NCBI GenBank assembly: GCA_963821695.1 | Contig: CAWGEY010000009.1 | Coordinates: forward strand, 45,320 to 109,319 | Reading direction: 5' to 3' | Origin: an uncultured Actinomycetota bacterium | Lineage (GTDB): Bacteria > Actinomycetota > Actinomycetes > Propionibacteriales > Propionibacteriaceae | Length of the DNA stretch: 64,000 nucleotides | Shown here: positions 9,250-21,686 of the stretch, one piece after another | Position numbering within the stretch: position 1 is the first letter of the stretch | Layout: the number at the start of each line of letters is the position of its first letter | Translations under genes and position numbers: made by a program | The notes under the pieces: generated by a model | What the model saw: the letters and a program-made list of their open reading frames with translations, nothing else | Databases searched by the model: none | Told to the model about the DNA's origin: nothing

Positions 9250-10020
9250 ATGCAGTCCGGCGCCGCACCCCTGGCTCCGGCCCCGGGACCCGAGAGCGAA
9301 CCGGAGCTGCTCGAGTCCGGCCCAGGCCGCAACGGGCCTCCCCGCCGGACTCTGCCGATGGTGCTCGGCGTCGCGGCCCTCGTCGTAGCCGCACTCCTGG
9401 CCTGGCAGTTCTGGCCCCGGCCGATCGCGCCCATCAGCTTGACCGAACTGCAGGGGATCTACGCGGGCATGGTCCGCGGGGACGGCACCAACGACGCTTC
9501 CCTGATGCAGCGCAAGGACGACGCCGATCCCTGGACCGTGACCCCGGCCGGCTGCGCGCCGCTGTTCGACACCACCGCTTTCGACCAGTACCCGGCCGAT
9601 GCGGTGGACGGGGTCGGCACCTACTGGTTGGCGGCGCGGGTCGGCACCTCCTTGTTCACCTATCGCTTCGCCGACGCCGACCTCGCCCGCCGCGCGTACG
9701 ACCGGATCGACACTGCGTTGACCACCTGCGAAGGACAACAGGTCCGCGTCGCACAGCCGCTGAAGCCGACTGGCGATCAGACGGTGGAGATCGCGCGGAC
9801 GCCCGTCACGTTCGGCAGCGGGGTACGGGACCAGCTCGGCTACCAGTACGGACCCGACCGGGAGGCCCGCTTCGCCGTCCATGTGCTCCGCTTCGAGAAC
9901 ACGATCAGCTGGCAGTTCCGGTACGACACAGCGGTCGGCGACTACTCGCCGCTGCCCGCTCAGCAGATGATGGACTCGCTGGTCGCGCAGACCCGGTCTG
10001 TCATCGACCTCCGTACCTGA
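9250..10020 (+). CDS. membrane-anchored protein with PknH-like extracellular sensor domain
   Basis: Single TM (VLGVAALVVAALLAWQFW), then a domain with a Cys pair (PAGCAPL..LTTCEG) and F.DAD.A.RAY pattern. TAAGCT 7 nt upstream of ATG. Confidence 0.6.
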   Translation: MQSGAAPLAPAPGPESEPELLESGPGRNGPPRRTLPMVLGVAALVVAALLAWQFWPRPIAPISLTELQGIYAGMVRGDGTNDASLMQRKDDADPWTVTPAGCAPLFDTTAFDQYPADAVDGVGTYWLAARVGTSLFTYRFADADLARRAYDRIDTALTTCEGQQVRVAQPLKPTGDQTVEIARTPVTFGSGVRDQLGYQYGPDREARFAVHVLRFENTISWQFRYDTAVGDYSPLPAQQMMDSLVAQTRSVIDLRT

Positions 10021-10035
10021 GCCAGCGATCCGGGG

Positions 10036-10491
10036 TCAGGGCCGGCCCGAGCCACCGGGCGGGGCCGCCTCCAGCCAACTCAGCAGGCCGGTCAGCGAGT
10101 CCTGGCTCATGGCGAGTTCGACGTATTCGGGCCGCCCAGCCGAGCCCTCCTCCAGCATCAGAACCTGCTGCCCCGCGTACAACGCCACCGCCTCGACCGC
10201 GTCCGGCTCGCGGGTCTCGACCACCCGAACTACGCCACGGACGAAGCGCCGCCGCGGCCGGGCGGAGTAGGAGAAGAAGCGGAACCACTCCAGCTGGTCC
10301 CCGCTGTAGCGCGCCACGCCGAGCACCCAACCGGCGCCCGGGGTGGTCGTCCGCAGCCGCACACTGCACTCGAAGGCGAGCCCGTCACGGGCCAGCAACC
10401 GCCGTCGGCCCGCCAACCCGGCCAGCAGTCCGACGCACAACAGCACCGCTACCGCGATGATGAGGACAGCCAGCGACCACCCGTCCATCAC
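10036..10491 (-). CDS. DUF2550 family protein
   Basis: N-terminal TM, FECSVR, GWVLGVARY, LSWLEAAPPG. Typical position downstream of atpC in Actinobacteria. Confidence 0.85.
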   Translation of the reverse strand: MMDGWSLAVLIIAVAVLLCVGLLAGLAGRRRLLARDGLAFECSVRLRTTTPGAGWVLGVARYSGDQLEWFRFFSYSARPRRRFVRGVVRVVETREPDAVEAVALYAGQQVLMLEEGSAGRPEYVELAMSQDSLTGLLSWLEAAPPGGSGRP

Positions 10492-10521
10492 AGCAACTCG
10501 GTCGCGAAGGTCAGCCCGAGG

Positions 10522-10924
10522 TCAGGCCAGCTTTTCGGCGGCCCGCACCTGGGCGCTCGCTCGCGAGAAGTGCTTGCGCGTTTCGTCGTCGTCCTCTCCG
10601 GCGTCGAGCTTGGCCTGGGCATCGGCCAGTTCCTTCTCGGCGTCCCGCAGACTGATCTCGTCGGCCATCCTGGCGTACTCGCTCAGGATCGATACCCGCC
10701 CCTGGGACGACCGAGATGAAGCCGCCGTCGACGGCGACGATCTCCCGCTCGTTGGTCTCGCTGAAGATCACCACGCCACTCGGCACCAGGATGGCCAGCA
10801 CCGGCGCGTGATTCGGCAGGATGCCGATGTCGCCGTCCACCGTCTTGGCGATGATGTTGACGACCTTGCCGGACCAGACCACCCGATCGGCCGAGACGAC
10901 CTCGACCTGCATGGGCTCAGCCAT
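10522..10924 (-). CDS. atpC: F0F1 ATP synthase subunit epsilon; frameshift near 10705
   Basis: [32 protein letters not shown]. Continues [19 protein letters not shown] in another frame. Confidence 0.9.
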
Positions 10925-10972
10925 CGCACGCCTCCTCTTGGCCCTTCGGCAAACTCAGGGCACGAACCGACA

Positions 10973-12451
<1,479 letters not shown>

Positions 12452-12487
12452 CTGTTCCTCACTCGTTCGGGTTCGACTCGGTCATTC

Positions 12488-13400
12488 TCATTCAGCGCTG
12501 GCCGTGGCGTCGGCCAGCGCCGACGCCCCGCCGACGATCTCGCTGATCTCCTGGGTGATCTCGGCCTGCCGAGCCTGGTTGGCCTCGCGGGTCAGCCGCT
12601 CGATCAGTTGCTGGGCGTTGTCGGTGGCCGACTTCATGGCCTTCTGCCGACTGGCCAGTTCCGAGGCCGCCGCCTGCAGCAGGCAGTACTGGATCCGGCT
12701 CGCCACGTACAGCGGCAGCAGCTCGTCGAGCACCGTCTCGGCGTCCGGCTCGAACTCGTACAGCGGCAGGAGTTCGTCATCCTCCGGCGGGTCGGCGCCC
12801 TCGACGACCTCCAGCGGCAGCATCCGGATCACCTCCGGTCGCTGGGTCAGCATGGACACGAAGCGGGTGTAGACGATGTGGATCTCGTCCACCCCACCCT
12901 CGTCGGTCGGGGTCAGGAAAGCCTTGATCACCGCGTCGGCGATCTCGCGGGCATGGGCGTACGTCGGTGCGTCGGAGAAGCCCTCCCACTGAGCCGCGAT
13001 CTCCAGCCGGCGAAACGTCGCAGTACGCGATCGCCTTGCGGCCGGCCAGGTAGCGCTGCACCTCGAGCCCGTTGCCGCCCAGCAGCTCCCGCAGGGACTG
13101 GGCCTCCTTGATCACCGAGGAGGAGTACGCCCCCGCCAGCCCGCGGTCGGAGGTGATCACCACCATCGCCGCCCGGCGCGGGTTCTCGCTTTCGGTGGTC
13201 AGCGGATGGTCGACGTTGGAGAACGTGGCCACGGCCGAGACCGCCCGGGTCAGCTCGCGCGCGAACGGCGCCGCCGCCTGGGCCCGCTGCTGGGCCTTGA
13301 TGATCCGCGACGCGGCGATGAGCTCCATCGCCCGGGTGATCTTCTTGGTCGTCGACACGGTCTTTCGACGCTGTCGCAACTCCCTGAGGCTCGCCGGCAT
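12488..13400 (-). CDS. atpG: F0F1 ATP synthase subunit gamma; frameshift near 13019
   Basis: [54 protein letters not shown]. Confidence 0.95.
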
Positions 13401-13408
13401 GGTGCTCC

Positions 13409-15046
13409 CTAGCCCCGCTTCTGCTTGACGATCTGCTCCTGGGCCACATCTTCCTCCGGCAGCGCCTCGTGCTCCTCGCGGCCGGCGAGCAACTTGCCGG
13501 ACCCGGTCTGGAAGCCCTTCTTGAACTCGGCGATCTGCTTCTTCAGGGCCTCGGCACTGTCGTCGTCGAAGGTCTTGGTCTCCCGGATGTTCTTCAGCAC
13601 GTCGCCGTTGTGTCGCAGGTACTCCAGCAGCTCCTGCTCGAACCGCAGCACGTCGTCGACCGGCACCTCGTCCATCTGCCCGTTGATGCCGGCCCAGACC
13701 GAGACCACCTGCTCCTCCACCGGGTACGGGGTGTACTGCGGCTGCCGCAGCAGCTCCACCAGCCGGGCACCCCGGTCCAGCTGACGCCGCGAGGTGGCGT
13801 CCAGGTCGGAGGCGAACATGGCGAACGCCTGCATGTCGCGATACTGCGCCAAGTTGATCTTGAGCGACCCGGACACGTTCTTCATCGCCTTGATCTGGGC
13901 CGCGCCGCCGACCCGGGAAACCGACACGCCGACGTCGATGGCCGGGCGCTGGTTGGCGTTGAACAGGTCGGACTGCAGGAAGATCTGACCATCGGTGATC
14001 GAGATGACGTTGGTCGGGATGTACGCCGAGACGTCGTTGGCCTTGGTTTCGATGATCGGCAATCCCGTCATCGAGCCGGCCCCGAGCTCGTCGGACAGCT
14101 TCGCGCAGCGCTCCAGCAACCGGCTGTGCAGGTAGAACACGTCGCCGGGGTACGCCTCGCGGCCCGGCGGGCGGCGGAGCAGCAGCGACATCGCCCGGTA
14201 GGCCTCGGCCTGCTTGGTCAGGTCGTCGAACACGATCAGGACGTGCTTGCCGCCGTACATCCAGTGCTGGCCGATGGCCGAGCCGGTGTAGGGGGCCACG
14301 TACTTGTAGCCGGCCGGATCCGACGCCGGTGCGTGCACGATCGTCGTGTACGGCAGGGCCCCGGCCTCTTCCAGCTGGCCACGCAGCGCGGCCACCGTCG
14401 AACCCTTCTGGCCGATCGCGACGTAGATGCAGCGCACCTGCTGCTCGGGATCGCCGCTTTCCCACGCCTGCCGCTGGTTGATGATCGTGTCCACGGCGAT
14501 GGCTGACTTGCCGGTCTTGCGGTCGCCGATGATGAGCTGCCGCTGGCCGCGCCCGATCGGGATCATGGCGTCGATGGCCTTGATCCCGGTCTGCAGCGGC
14601 TGGCGGACCTCCTGGCGGTCCATCACGCCGGCGGCCTGCAGTTCCAGCGGCCGCCGCTCGTCGATGTCGGTGATGTCGCCGAGGCCGTCGATCGGCCGGC
14701 CGAGCGCGTCGACCGTCCGGCCGAGGTAGCCGTCACCGACCGGCACACCCAAGATGTCACCGGTCCGCTTGACGACCTGACCCTCCTCGATGCCTTCGGA
14801 GTCGCCCATGACGACCACGCCGATCTCGCGGACGTCGAGGTTGAGCGCGATACCGAGGGTGCCGTTCTCGAACTCCAGCAGCTCGTTGGCCATGGCTGAC
14901 GGCAACCCCTCGACCCGGGCGATGCCATCGCCGGAGGTGATCACCGTGCCGACCTCTTCGCGACTGGACGTCTCGGGTTCGTAGTTCTGCACGAACCGGT
15001 CCAGCGCCTCCCGGATCTCTTCGGGTCGAATCGTGAGTTCCGCCAT
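13409..15046 (-). CDS. atpA: F0F1 ATP synthase subunit alpha
   Basis: Intact 545 aa. [31 protein letters not shown]. Confidence 0.98.
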   Translation of the reverse strand: MAELTIRPEEIREALDRFVQNYEPETSSREEVGTVITSGDGIARVEGLPSAMANELLEFENGTLGIALNLDVREIGVVVMGDSEGIEEGQVVKRTGDILGVPVGDGYLGRTVDALGRPIDGLGDITDIDERRPLELQAAGVMDRQEVRQPLQTGIKAIDAMIPIGRGQRQLIIGDRKTGKSAIAVDTIINQRQAWESGDPEQQVRCIYVAIGQKGSTVAALRGQLEEAGALPYTTIVHAPASDPAGYKYVAPYTGSAIGQHWMYGGKHVLIVFDDLTKQAEAYRAMSLLLRRPPGREAYPGDVFYLHSRLLERCAKLSDELGAGSMTGLPIIETKANDVSAYIPTNVISITDGQIFLQSDLFNANQRPAIDVGVSVSRVGGAAQIKAMKNVSGSLKINLAQYRDMQAFAMFASDLDATSRRQLDRGARLVELLRQPQYTPYPVEEQVVSVWAGINGQMDEVPVDDVLRFEQELLEYLRHNGDVLKNIRETKTFDDDSAEALKKQIAEFKKGFQTGSGKLLAGREEHEALPEEDVAQEQIVKQKRG

Positions 15047-15116
15047 GGTTACTGAATCCCTGCTCTCGTCTCAGTTTCGTTCGTGCTCACTTGACTTGTC
15101 GGCTCATCCCACCGGC

Positions 15117-15914
15117 TCAACCGAACAGCCGGCGGGCCTCGTTGAGGCGACCCGTCACGGTCCCCTCGATGACCTCGTTGCCGAGTTCCACCCGAACTCC
15201 GCCGAGCAGGTGCTCCTCGACGATCTCCTGGATGGCGACGTCACGTCCGGTCTGGCCCCGCAGCACCTCGCGCAGCCGGTCCCGCTGCTCGTCGCTCAGT
15301 GGTTGCGCAACCCGAACGGTGGCGATCACCCGGTTCTTCTGTTGCGCGGCGAGGTTCACGTAGGTCTCCAGGGCGTAGCCGTAGCTACGGTCCCGAACGG
15401 TCACCGCCCGCCTGGCCAGAACCCCGGTGGATCGCGTGACCTTGCCATCGACCAGGGAACCGATCAGCCCCTCCCGCTCGGCCGTGGGGACGGATCGGTC
15501 CGAGAGCACGTTCCGCAGCTCCGGACTGGACTCCACCAGCCGGGCGAACCGGAACAACTCGTCCTCGGTCTCCTCCAGGTCGCCGTCGCGATCGGCGATC
15601 ATCAGCTGCGCCCGCACCCCTTGCCGTTCGATCGCCGCCGCGAACGTACGCCCGCCCGCCCAGCGGCGGGTCGCCCCGTCGGCCACCAGGGCGGCGGCGG
15701 CCGCGGAGATCTTCTCGTCGAAGAGTCCGTGCACCAGATCCTGCCGGGCCCGCTCCGGCGTGCCGGGATCGGTCACCGCCCGGCGAAGCGCCGGGGAGGA
15801 CTTGAATGCATCGGCCACCGCGAACAGGTCGCCAGGCAGCGATTCATCGAAGTCCGGACGGGCGTTCAGCAACTCGTCCAGCGCCGCCAATCGCGCGTCG
15901 CTCGCGTCGCTCAT
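15117..15914 (-). CDS. atpH: F0F1 ATP synthase subunit delta (long actinobacterial form)
   Basis: LRRAVTDPG, EDELFRF, LLGGVRVELGNEVIEG. Located between atpF and atpA. Confidence 0.93.
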   Translation of the reverse strand: MSDASDARLAALDELLNARPDFDESLPGDLFAVADAFKSSPALRRAVTDPGTPERARQDLVHGLFDEKISAAAAALVADGATRRWAGGRTFAAAIERQGVRAQLMIADRDGDLEETEDELFRFARLVESSPELRNVLSDRSVPTAEREGLIGSLVDGKVTRSTGVLARRAVTVRDRSYGYALETYVNLAAQQKNRVIATVRVAQPLSDEQRDRLREVLRGQTGRDVAIQEIVEEHLLGGVRVELGNEVIEGTVTGRLNEARRLFG

Positions 15915-16495
15915 GTGCTTGCCGGCTCCGAGGAGTCAGAGGATTGCGACTCCAGGTCGGCCAGGAAACGATCGACGGTTCGCCGGGCCCGCTCGTCGTC
16001 CTCGAGCGACTCCCCCACGATCCGCGACGCCAACGTGGTGGCCAGGCCGCCGATCTCGCTGCGGAGCTGGTTCATCACCTGGTTGCGTTCGGCGTCCAGC
16101 TGCGCCTCGGCCGAAGCCTTGATCCGGGCGACCTCGGCCTGCGCCTGCTCGCGCATGTCGGCCAGGATCTGGGTGCCCTGGGTCTTGGCGTCCTCGCGGA
16201 TCTTCGCCGCCTCGCCGCGGGCTTCGGCCAACTGCGCCTGGTACTGCTGCAATGCGGCTTCGGCCTCCTCCTGCGCCTTCTCCGCCTTCTCCATCCCGCC
16301 TTGGATCGCGGCCGTTCGTTCGGCGTACGTCGCCTCGAACCGCGGCACGACGTACTTCGCGATCAAGATCGTGAGCAGGATGACGAACACGACGGCAGCG
16401 ATGATCTCCGGCAAGGCCGGAAGCAGCGGATTCTCCGTCGCCATCGGGACAGACAGCGGTAGCGCCAGCGGGATGGCCAGCGTTACGAGGGCCAC
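15911..16495 (-). CDS. atpF: F0F1 ATP synthase subunit b
   Basis: NPLLP, one TM, then coiled coil ERTAAIQGG..LAEARGEAAKIREDA. Confidence 0.95.
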   Translation of the reverse strand: MALVTLAIPLALPLSVPMATENPLLPALPEIIAAVVFVILLTILIAKYVVPRFEATYAERTAAIQGGMEKAEKAQEEAEAALQQYQAQLAEARGEAAKIREDAKTQGTQILADMREQAQAEVARIKASAEAQLDAERNQVMNQLRSEIGGLATTLASRIVGESLEDDERARRTVDRFLADLESQSSDSSEPAST

Positions 16496-16497
16496 GA

Positions 16498-16737
16498 TCA
16501 GGCTTGCCCGGTGAAGCCGAAGACGAACGCCAGGGCGATACCGATGATGGCGAGCGCCTCGGTCACGGCGAAGCCGATCCAGGCGGTACCCATCATGGCG
16601 CCGCGCGCCTCGGGTTGACGGGCGGTGCCCTGGATGACGGAGGCGAAGATCAGGCCCACGCCGATGCCGGGGCCGATGGCGGCGAGGCCGTAGCCCACGA
16701 TGCCGAGGGATCCGACGAGCTCCATGGGAGTCATCAT
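16498..16737 (-). CDS. atpE: F0F1 ATP synthase subunit c
   Basis: [19 protein letters not shown] loop, proton-binding Glu in VTEALA. Confidence 0.97.
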   Translation of the reverse strand: MMTPMELVGSLGIVGYGLAAIGPGIGVGLIFASVIQGTARQPEARGAMMGTAWIGFAVTEALAIIGIALAFVFGFTGQA

Positions 16738-16818
16738 GAAGGTGATTCCTTTCCGGGGTTCTACTGCTTGGTCGATGCTGGTCGTTGGGGACTGCGGTGG
16801 TCGGTCAGGGTTCCTCGG

Positions 16819-17646
16819 TCAGTGTTCTTCGGCAAGGGAGGAGGAGAGGTACACCGCGGTCAGCACGGTGAAGATGAAGGCCTGGAGGGACTGGACGAAG
16901 ATCTCCAGGGCGAAGATCGCCATCGAGAAGATCCAGGCCACGATGCCGGCGGTCACGTTGACCACCGACCCGCCGTGGAAGACCAGGAACTCCCCGCCCA
17001 GCACGAAGACCAGCACCAGCAGGTGTCCGGCGAACATGTTGGCGAAGAGTCGGAGCGCGAGCGTGATGGGCCGCACGATGATGTTGGAGAAGAACTCCAG
17101 CGGGATGATCAAGGGCCACATGAACCACGGCACGCCCGAGGGCAGCACCGTGTGCTTGAGGTAGCCGAAGAACCCGTGTTTCTGGATACCGACGGCGTTG
17201 TACAGGATCCAGACCATCCCCGCCAAACCGTACGCCCAGCCCACATGCGAAGCCGTCGGTAACAAGGTCAGCGGGAAGATGCCCCAGAGATTGTTGACCA
17301 GGACAAAAGAAAACAGCGCGATCAGGAACGGCAGGAAGCGCTTGTAGTCGTGTCCGAGGTTGTCACGCGCGATGCTGTTGCGGATGAAGAAGTACGCCGT
17401 CTCGCCGATGAACTGGCCCTTGGTCGGCACCATCTTGTTCTTGTTGGCCATCACGAACCAGAAGATCACGATGATCACGACCGCGACGATCGCCTGCAGC
17501 ATGTACTTGTTCAACCACTCCAGGCCTGGGACCTCGAAGATCGGGCGCAGATCGAAGCTGCTGACACTCGGCGGCTCGAACTCCTCACCACCGCCGGCCG
17601 GGGACTCGGTCTCCAGTGGGGTCAGCAGCAGCAGAAAGGCGCTCAC
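16819..17646 (-). CDS. atpB: F0F1 ATP synthase subunit a
   Basis: RPITLALRLFANMFAGH, LQAFIFTVLTAVY. Confidence 0.97.
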   Translation of the reverse strand: MSAFLLLLTPLETESPAGGGEEFEPPSVSSFDLRPIFEVPGLEWLNKYMLQAIVAVVIIVIFWFVMANKNKMVPTKGQFIGETAYFFIRNSIARDNLGHDYKRFLPFLIALFSFVLVNNLWGIFPLTLLPTASHVGWAYGLAGMVWILYNAVGIQKHGFFGYLKHTVLPSGVPWFMWPLIIPLEFFSNIIVRPITLALRLFANMFAGHLLVLVFVLGGEFLVFHGGSVVNVTAGIVAWIFSMAIFALEIFVQSLQAFIFTVLTAVYLSSSLAEEH

Positions 17647-18041
17647 CGCGGGATCCTCCTGATGACGTACTCCTGACTGGGACGGGTCAAACGTCGTCGC
17701 GCGGTGGCCGGAGCCGACCCGGCAACGTCGTCGGCTACGTGACCATACCGGCGGATGATCACGAAAACACCCATCGCCGCGCCGAGCACGATACCGACCG
17801 GCAGCAGGAACATCGTGCCGAGAAGATGATCACCGAGCCAACCGAGCAGACCGTAGACAACCACGCCCGAGATGAGGTAAGAGAGCACGCGCATCCCACG
17901 GTCGACGCCGCCGTCCATCGCGGCCCACGCGCTTCCCTGCGCTGGTTGCGGCCTTGGCACCGGGTGCTCGGGCGGCAACGACTGATTCCCCTGCTGCTTC
18001 ATGGCGGTCGTAACGCTAGCAGTCGACGGGCGGCCGGTCAC
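17643..18041 (-). CDS. AtpZ/AtpI family protein (start may be downstream)
   Basis: LSYLISGVVVYGLLGWLGDHLLGT..GIVLG two-TM motif directly upstream of atpB. Confidence 0.75.
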   Translation of the reverse strand: MTGRPSTASVTTAMKQQGNQSLPPEHPVPRPQPAQGSAWAAMDGGVDRGMRVLSYLISGVVVYGLLGWLGDHLLGTMFLLPVGIVLGAAMGVFVIIRRYGHVADDVAGSAPATARRRLTRPSQEYVIRRIPR

Positions 18042-18580
18042 GGTTGGTCTGCGCTGCCTTCGGGTGCTTTGTACTCCGTGTCATAAATGCTGATCCGGAG
18101 CCTGTTGAAGACGTAGATCTCCACCGCCAGCCAGCCGACGACCACTGCGATGGTGGTGAAGAAGATGGCCATCGGTTCAAGTGTCGGCCAGCGTTCGGAG
18201 TAGCGCGCGTAGAACAACAGCACCAGTCCGAGGACCACGACCCGGGCCGTATAGGAGGTCATGGAGACCACCAACAGGGTCCGGGCACCAGCGTCGGCGA
18301 ACATGACCATCACCAGTTGGCCGACCACGTAGAAGAAGAGCACCATCGCCGCGGCGAGGGCCGCCGACACCAGGCCGGGGGCACCGTAGACCACGGTGAA
18401 CAGGATCAGCGAGACCACCGTCGCAACCGCCCCGCCGAGCAGACCCGCATAGAGCAGTTTGCGGGCCCGGACGACGTGGATGCTCGGGGCGGAGCCCTTC
18501 GGCCCGCGCAACGGACGGACCGGCCACTCGTCCGCGTCCGGGGCAGCGTCGAGGGCAGATCCAGTGTCCTCGGGCGTCAT
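18038..18580 (-). CDS. ATP synthase protein I-like 4-TM membrane protein
   Basis: Hydrophobic 3' part of ORF 18038..19639 (SYTARVVVLG, RISIYD). Conserved position before the atp operon. Confidence 0.7.
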   Translation of the reverse strand: MTPEDTGSALDAAPDADEWPVRPLRGPKGSAPSIHVVRARKLLYAGLLGGAVATVVSLILFTVVYGAPGLVSAALAAAMVLFFYVVGQLVMVMFADAGARTLLVVSMTSYTARVVVLGLVLLFYARYSERWPTLEPMAIFFTTIAVVVGWLAVEIYVFNRLRISIYDTEYKAPEGSADQP

Positions 18581-18690
18581 CGAAGCGGCGTCCTGTCGTC
18601 TCGGGGGTCCGGTTTCCCGCCGGTGGCCGCTGGCGGTCCGACGGAATCGTCGCAACGTAGCACAGGTATCCGGGACCGCCCCCGCCGTCG

Positions 18691-19830
18691 CTACTCGACT
18701 ATTGATTCCTCGCGGGGTCTCGGCTTGCGGCGCTCCCGGACGGGTCGGCCGAGCGTGATGAGCAGCAACACCACGGCCAGCACCGCGACCACGGCCACCA
18801 CCTGCCACTGGCGGTCGTTGGTCACCAGACCCAACACGATGACGCCGAACGAGACCAGGGCCGACCAGATGTACATCAGCAGCACCGCCCGCCGCTGACT
18901 GTGTCCGCGCTCGAGCAACCGGTGGTGCAGGTGCTGCTTGTCCGCGACGAACCACCAGCGGCCGGCGTACGTACGGCGGACGAACGCCAGCACCAGGTCG
19001 AGGAACGGCAGGGCCAAGATCGCGATGGGTAACACCAGCGGCAGCACGGTCGGAACCAGGCCACCCCGGCCGTCGGTGAGCTGGGACGTGTCGATCTGTC
19101 CGGTCAGGCTGATGGTCGAGGTGGCGAGCAGCAGTCCGAGCAGCATGGCGCCGGAGTCGCCCATGAACATCTTGGCCGGGAAGAAGTTGTGGGGCAGGAA
19201 TCCGAGGCAGGCTCCGGCGATCGCCACCGTGATGAGGCTCGCCGTGGTGGCCCGGGTCAGGTCCTGGTTCACCGTGAGGAGGTAGGAGTACGCGAAGAAG
19301 GCGAGCGCCCCGATCCCCACCACCCCCGTCGCCAGCCCGTCGAGCCCGTCGACGAAATTCACTGCGTTGCTGCACAAGACGATGAAGAAGACCGTGATGG
19401 CCACCGACGCCGCGCCGTCCAGAGAGATGGTCTGACCGGGCAGCGGGATCCAGAGCATCCGGACCCCCAGCGCCACCACGATCCCGGCGGCCAGCACCTG
19501 GCCGGCGAACTTGGCCAGCGCCGGCAGATCGAACAGGTCGTCGAGCACTCCCACCAGGCAGATCAAGAAGGCGGCCACGAGGACGGCCCGGGAATCCTGC
19601 TGCACCACCACCTGGCCACCGAGGAAGGGTAGGTGCCAAGCCAGCAAGATGGCGCCGAAGACTCCGGCCAGCATGGCGACCCCGCCGAAGTAAGGCATCG
19701 CGATCGTGTGGACGTCCCGGTCGCGCACCTCGGCCAGGGCCCCCGTACGAAGCGCCAGCCGGCGGCAGAGCCCGCTCGCCAAGAACGTGATCGCCGCGGC
19801 GACCAGCATGACCAGGAGGTACTCGCGCAC
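18691..19830 (-). CDS. wecA: polyprenyl-phosphate GlcNAc-1-phosphate transferase (MraY/WecA family)
   Basis: RDRDVH, GVLDD, NAVNFVDGLDGLA, FMGDSG, DKQHLHHRL. Confidence 0.92.
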   Translation of the reverse strand: MREYLLVMLVAAAITFLASGLCRRLALRTGALAEVRDRDVHTIAMPYFGGVAMLAGVFGAILLAWHLPFLGGQVVVQQDSRAVLVAAFLICLVGVLDDLFDLPALAKFAGQVLAAGIVVALGVRMLWIPLPGQTISLDGAASVAITVFFIVLCSNAVNFVDGLDGLATGVVGIGALAFFAYSYLLTVNQDLTRATTASLITVAIAGACLGFLPHNFFPAKMFMGDSGAMLLGLLLATSTISLTGQIDTSQLTDGRGGLVPTVLPLVLPIAILALPFLDLVLAFVRRTYAGRWWFVADKQHLHHRLLERGHSQRRAVLLMYIWSALVSFGVIVLGLVTNDRQWQVVAVVAVLAVVLLLITLGRPVRERRKPRPREESIVE

Positions 19831-20796
19831 CTAAGCCCTACCGTCGGAGTCGGCGAACAGGTCGGGTTGATCGGGATCGTGCTCGCGGTGGGTGATCCCG
19901 AGCTCGTCGGTGTCCGGCTCGCGCTCTCCATGTTCTTCGTCGCGAAGCGGCGGTGCCTGTGGAAGGGGCGATGGCGGCTGCTCCACCGACTCCCCTCCTG
20001 AGGCTTCGACCAGCTGCTCCTGGGTCGGCTCCTCGAAGGACTCCGGCTCGGGATCGGCGGCCAGGTCCTCCAGATCCGGGCAGGTCTCCCGCAGGACCGC
20101 CACCGCGAGGGCACCGTGCCGGAGCACCTGACCGGTGGGCAGGACGGTGAAATCGACGATGGTCGAGGCCTTGCTGTCCGCTCCGCCGACCGGGCCGCCG
20201 TCGAGATAGACGGTCACGTCGTCGCCGAGCTGCTCGATGGCCTCGTCGCACGTCACCGCGGCCGGCCGGCCGCTGAGGTTGGCGCTGCTGACCGCCATCG
20301 GGCCCGTACCGCGCAGGATGTCGCGGGCGAGTTCGTGATCTGGGACCCGCAACGCCACCGTGCCGGCCGACTCGCCGAGATCCATCCGCAGGCTCGGTTG
20401 CCGCTTCACGATGATCGTCAGCGGGCCCGGCCAGTGCTTCTCCACCAAGTCCTTGGCGGGCTCGGGTACGTCGGTGGCGAGGGCCCGGATCAGTGACGAC
20501 TCCGCGATCAGCACCGGCGGCGGCATCTCCCGGCCGCGCATCTTCGCGTCCAACAGCCGTTGCACCGCGTCCGGGTCGAAGGCGTCGGCCCCTATCCCGT
20601 ACACGGTGTCGGTCGGCATCACGATGCACTCGCCCTGTTCGACCGCCCGCCGGGCCGCCTCGGTGGCGCTGGCCAGCGCGACCGGGTCGTCGACCGTGCA
20701 GTCGAAGCGCAGGAACGAAGAGTCGGGGGGCGGTTCGGGACTGGTTTCGAGGGTCGATTCTCCGGCGGGCAGGTCGCTCTCGCCGCTCGGATTCAC
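19831..20796 (-). CDS. tsaC: L-threonylcarbamoyladenylate synthase (Sua5/YrdC) with acidic C-terminal tail
   Basis: MPTDTVYGIG, AKMRGR, WPGPLT, SSANLSG. Confidence 0.92.
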   Translation of the reverse strand: MNPSGESDLPAGESTLETSPEPPPDSSFLRFDCTVDDPVALASATEAARRAVEQGECIVMPTDTVYGIGADAFDPDAVQRLLDAKMRGREMPPPVLIAESSLIRALATDVPEPAKDLVEKHWPGPLTIIVKRQPSLRMDLGESAGTVALRVPDHELARDILRGTGPMAVSSANLSGRPAAVTCDEAIEQLGDDVTVYLDGGPVGGADSKASTIVDFTVLPTGQVLRHGALAVAVLRETCPDLEDLAADPEPESFEEPTQEQLVEASGGESVEQPPSPLPQAPPLRDEEHGEREPDTDELGITHREHDPDQPDLFADSDGRA

Positions 20797-21686
20797 CCGG
20801 CCATCTTGCCAGAACCGGGCCCTGCGACCCGGTCAATCAGGGTCGCGGTGCAGAAGCGGGGCCGCCCGGCCAGGTCGCGGTGGTCCCGGACCTCGGCGAA
20901 TCCGCCGTGCCGCAGCACCACCTGCGGCGCGCTCTCCGCCTGGACCTCGGCGTGCTCGAAGGCGAGCAGGCCGCCGGGGTGCAGCAACCGAGCCGCGGTG
21001 ACGGTCAGTTGGCGGATCGCGTCGAGCCCGTCCACCCCGGAGAACAGCGCGACGGTCGGGTCGTGGTCGCGGGCCTCCGGCGCGACCGACGCGAAGGCCT
21101 CCAGCGGGATGTAGGGCGGATTGGCGACCACCAGGTCGACCGTGCCGTTCAGCTCCGGCAGAGCCACCGCCAGATCGTCCTCGGACAACTCGACGTCGGT
21201 CCCGGCGAGGTTGCGCCGGGCCCAGTCCAGGGCCTCGGCCGAGATCTCGACGGCGTACACCCTGGTGCCGAGGGCTTCGGTGGCGAGGGACTTGGCGACC
21301 GCCCCGGACCCGGTGCCGAGATCGACCGCAACCGGCGACCGCCCGGCGGCGACGAGCCGACGCAACCGCTCGACCGCCCAGCCGGTCATGACCTCCGTCT
21401 CCGGGCGCGGTACGAAGACGCCGGGTCCGACCGCGAGCTCCAGGTGCCGGAAGTAGGCGCGTCCGGTCAGGTGCTGCAGGGGCTGCCGGTCGGCGCGGCG
21501 CTGGATCAGCGACTCGTACGCGGCCGCCTGGTCCGGTTCGACGACGCGGCGGTCGAGATCGCGCGGTTCGCAACCGCAGCAATGCGCGAGCAGCAGCCGC
21601 GCGTCGACGGCCGGGCTGGCCACGCCGGCCTCGACAAGCACGCGCGCACCGTCGCGCAGCAGATCTCCGGCGGCGCGGCCGGTCAC
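20793..21686 (-). CDS. prmC: release factor glutamine methyltransferase
   Basis: [27 protein letters not shown]. Confidence 0.95.
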   Translation of the reverse strand: MTGRAAGDLLRDGARVLVEAGVASPAVDARLLLAHCCGCEPRDLDRRVVEPDQAAAYESLIQRRADRQPLQHLTGRAYFRHLELAVGPGVFVPRPETEVMTGWAVERLRRLVAAGRSPVAVDLGTGSGAVAKSLATEALGTRVYAVEISAEALDWARRNLAGTDVELSEDDLAVALPELNGTVDLVVANPPYIPLEAFASVAPEARDHDPTVALFSGVDGLDAIRQLTVTAARLLHPGGLLAFEHAEVQAESAPQVVLRHGGFAEVRDHRDLAGRPRFCTATLIDRVAGPGSGKMAG

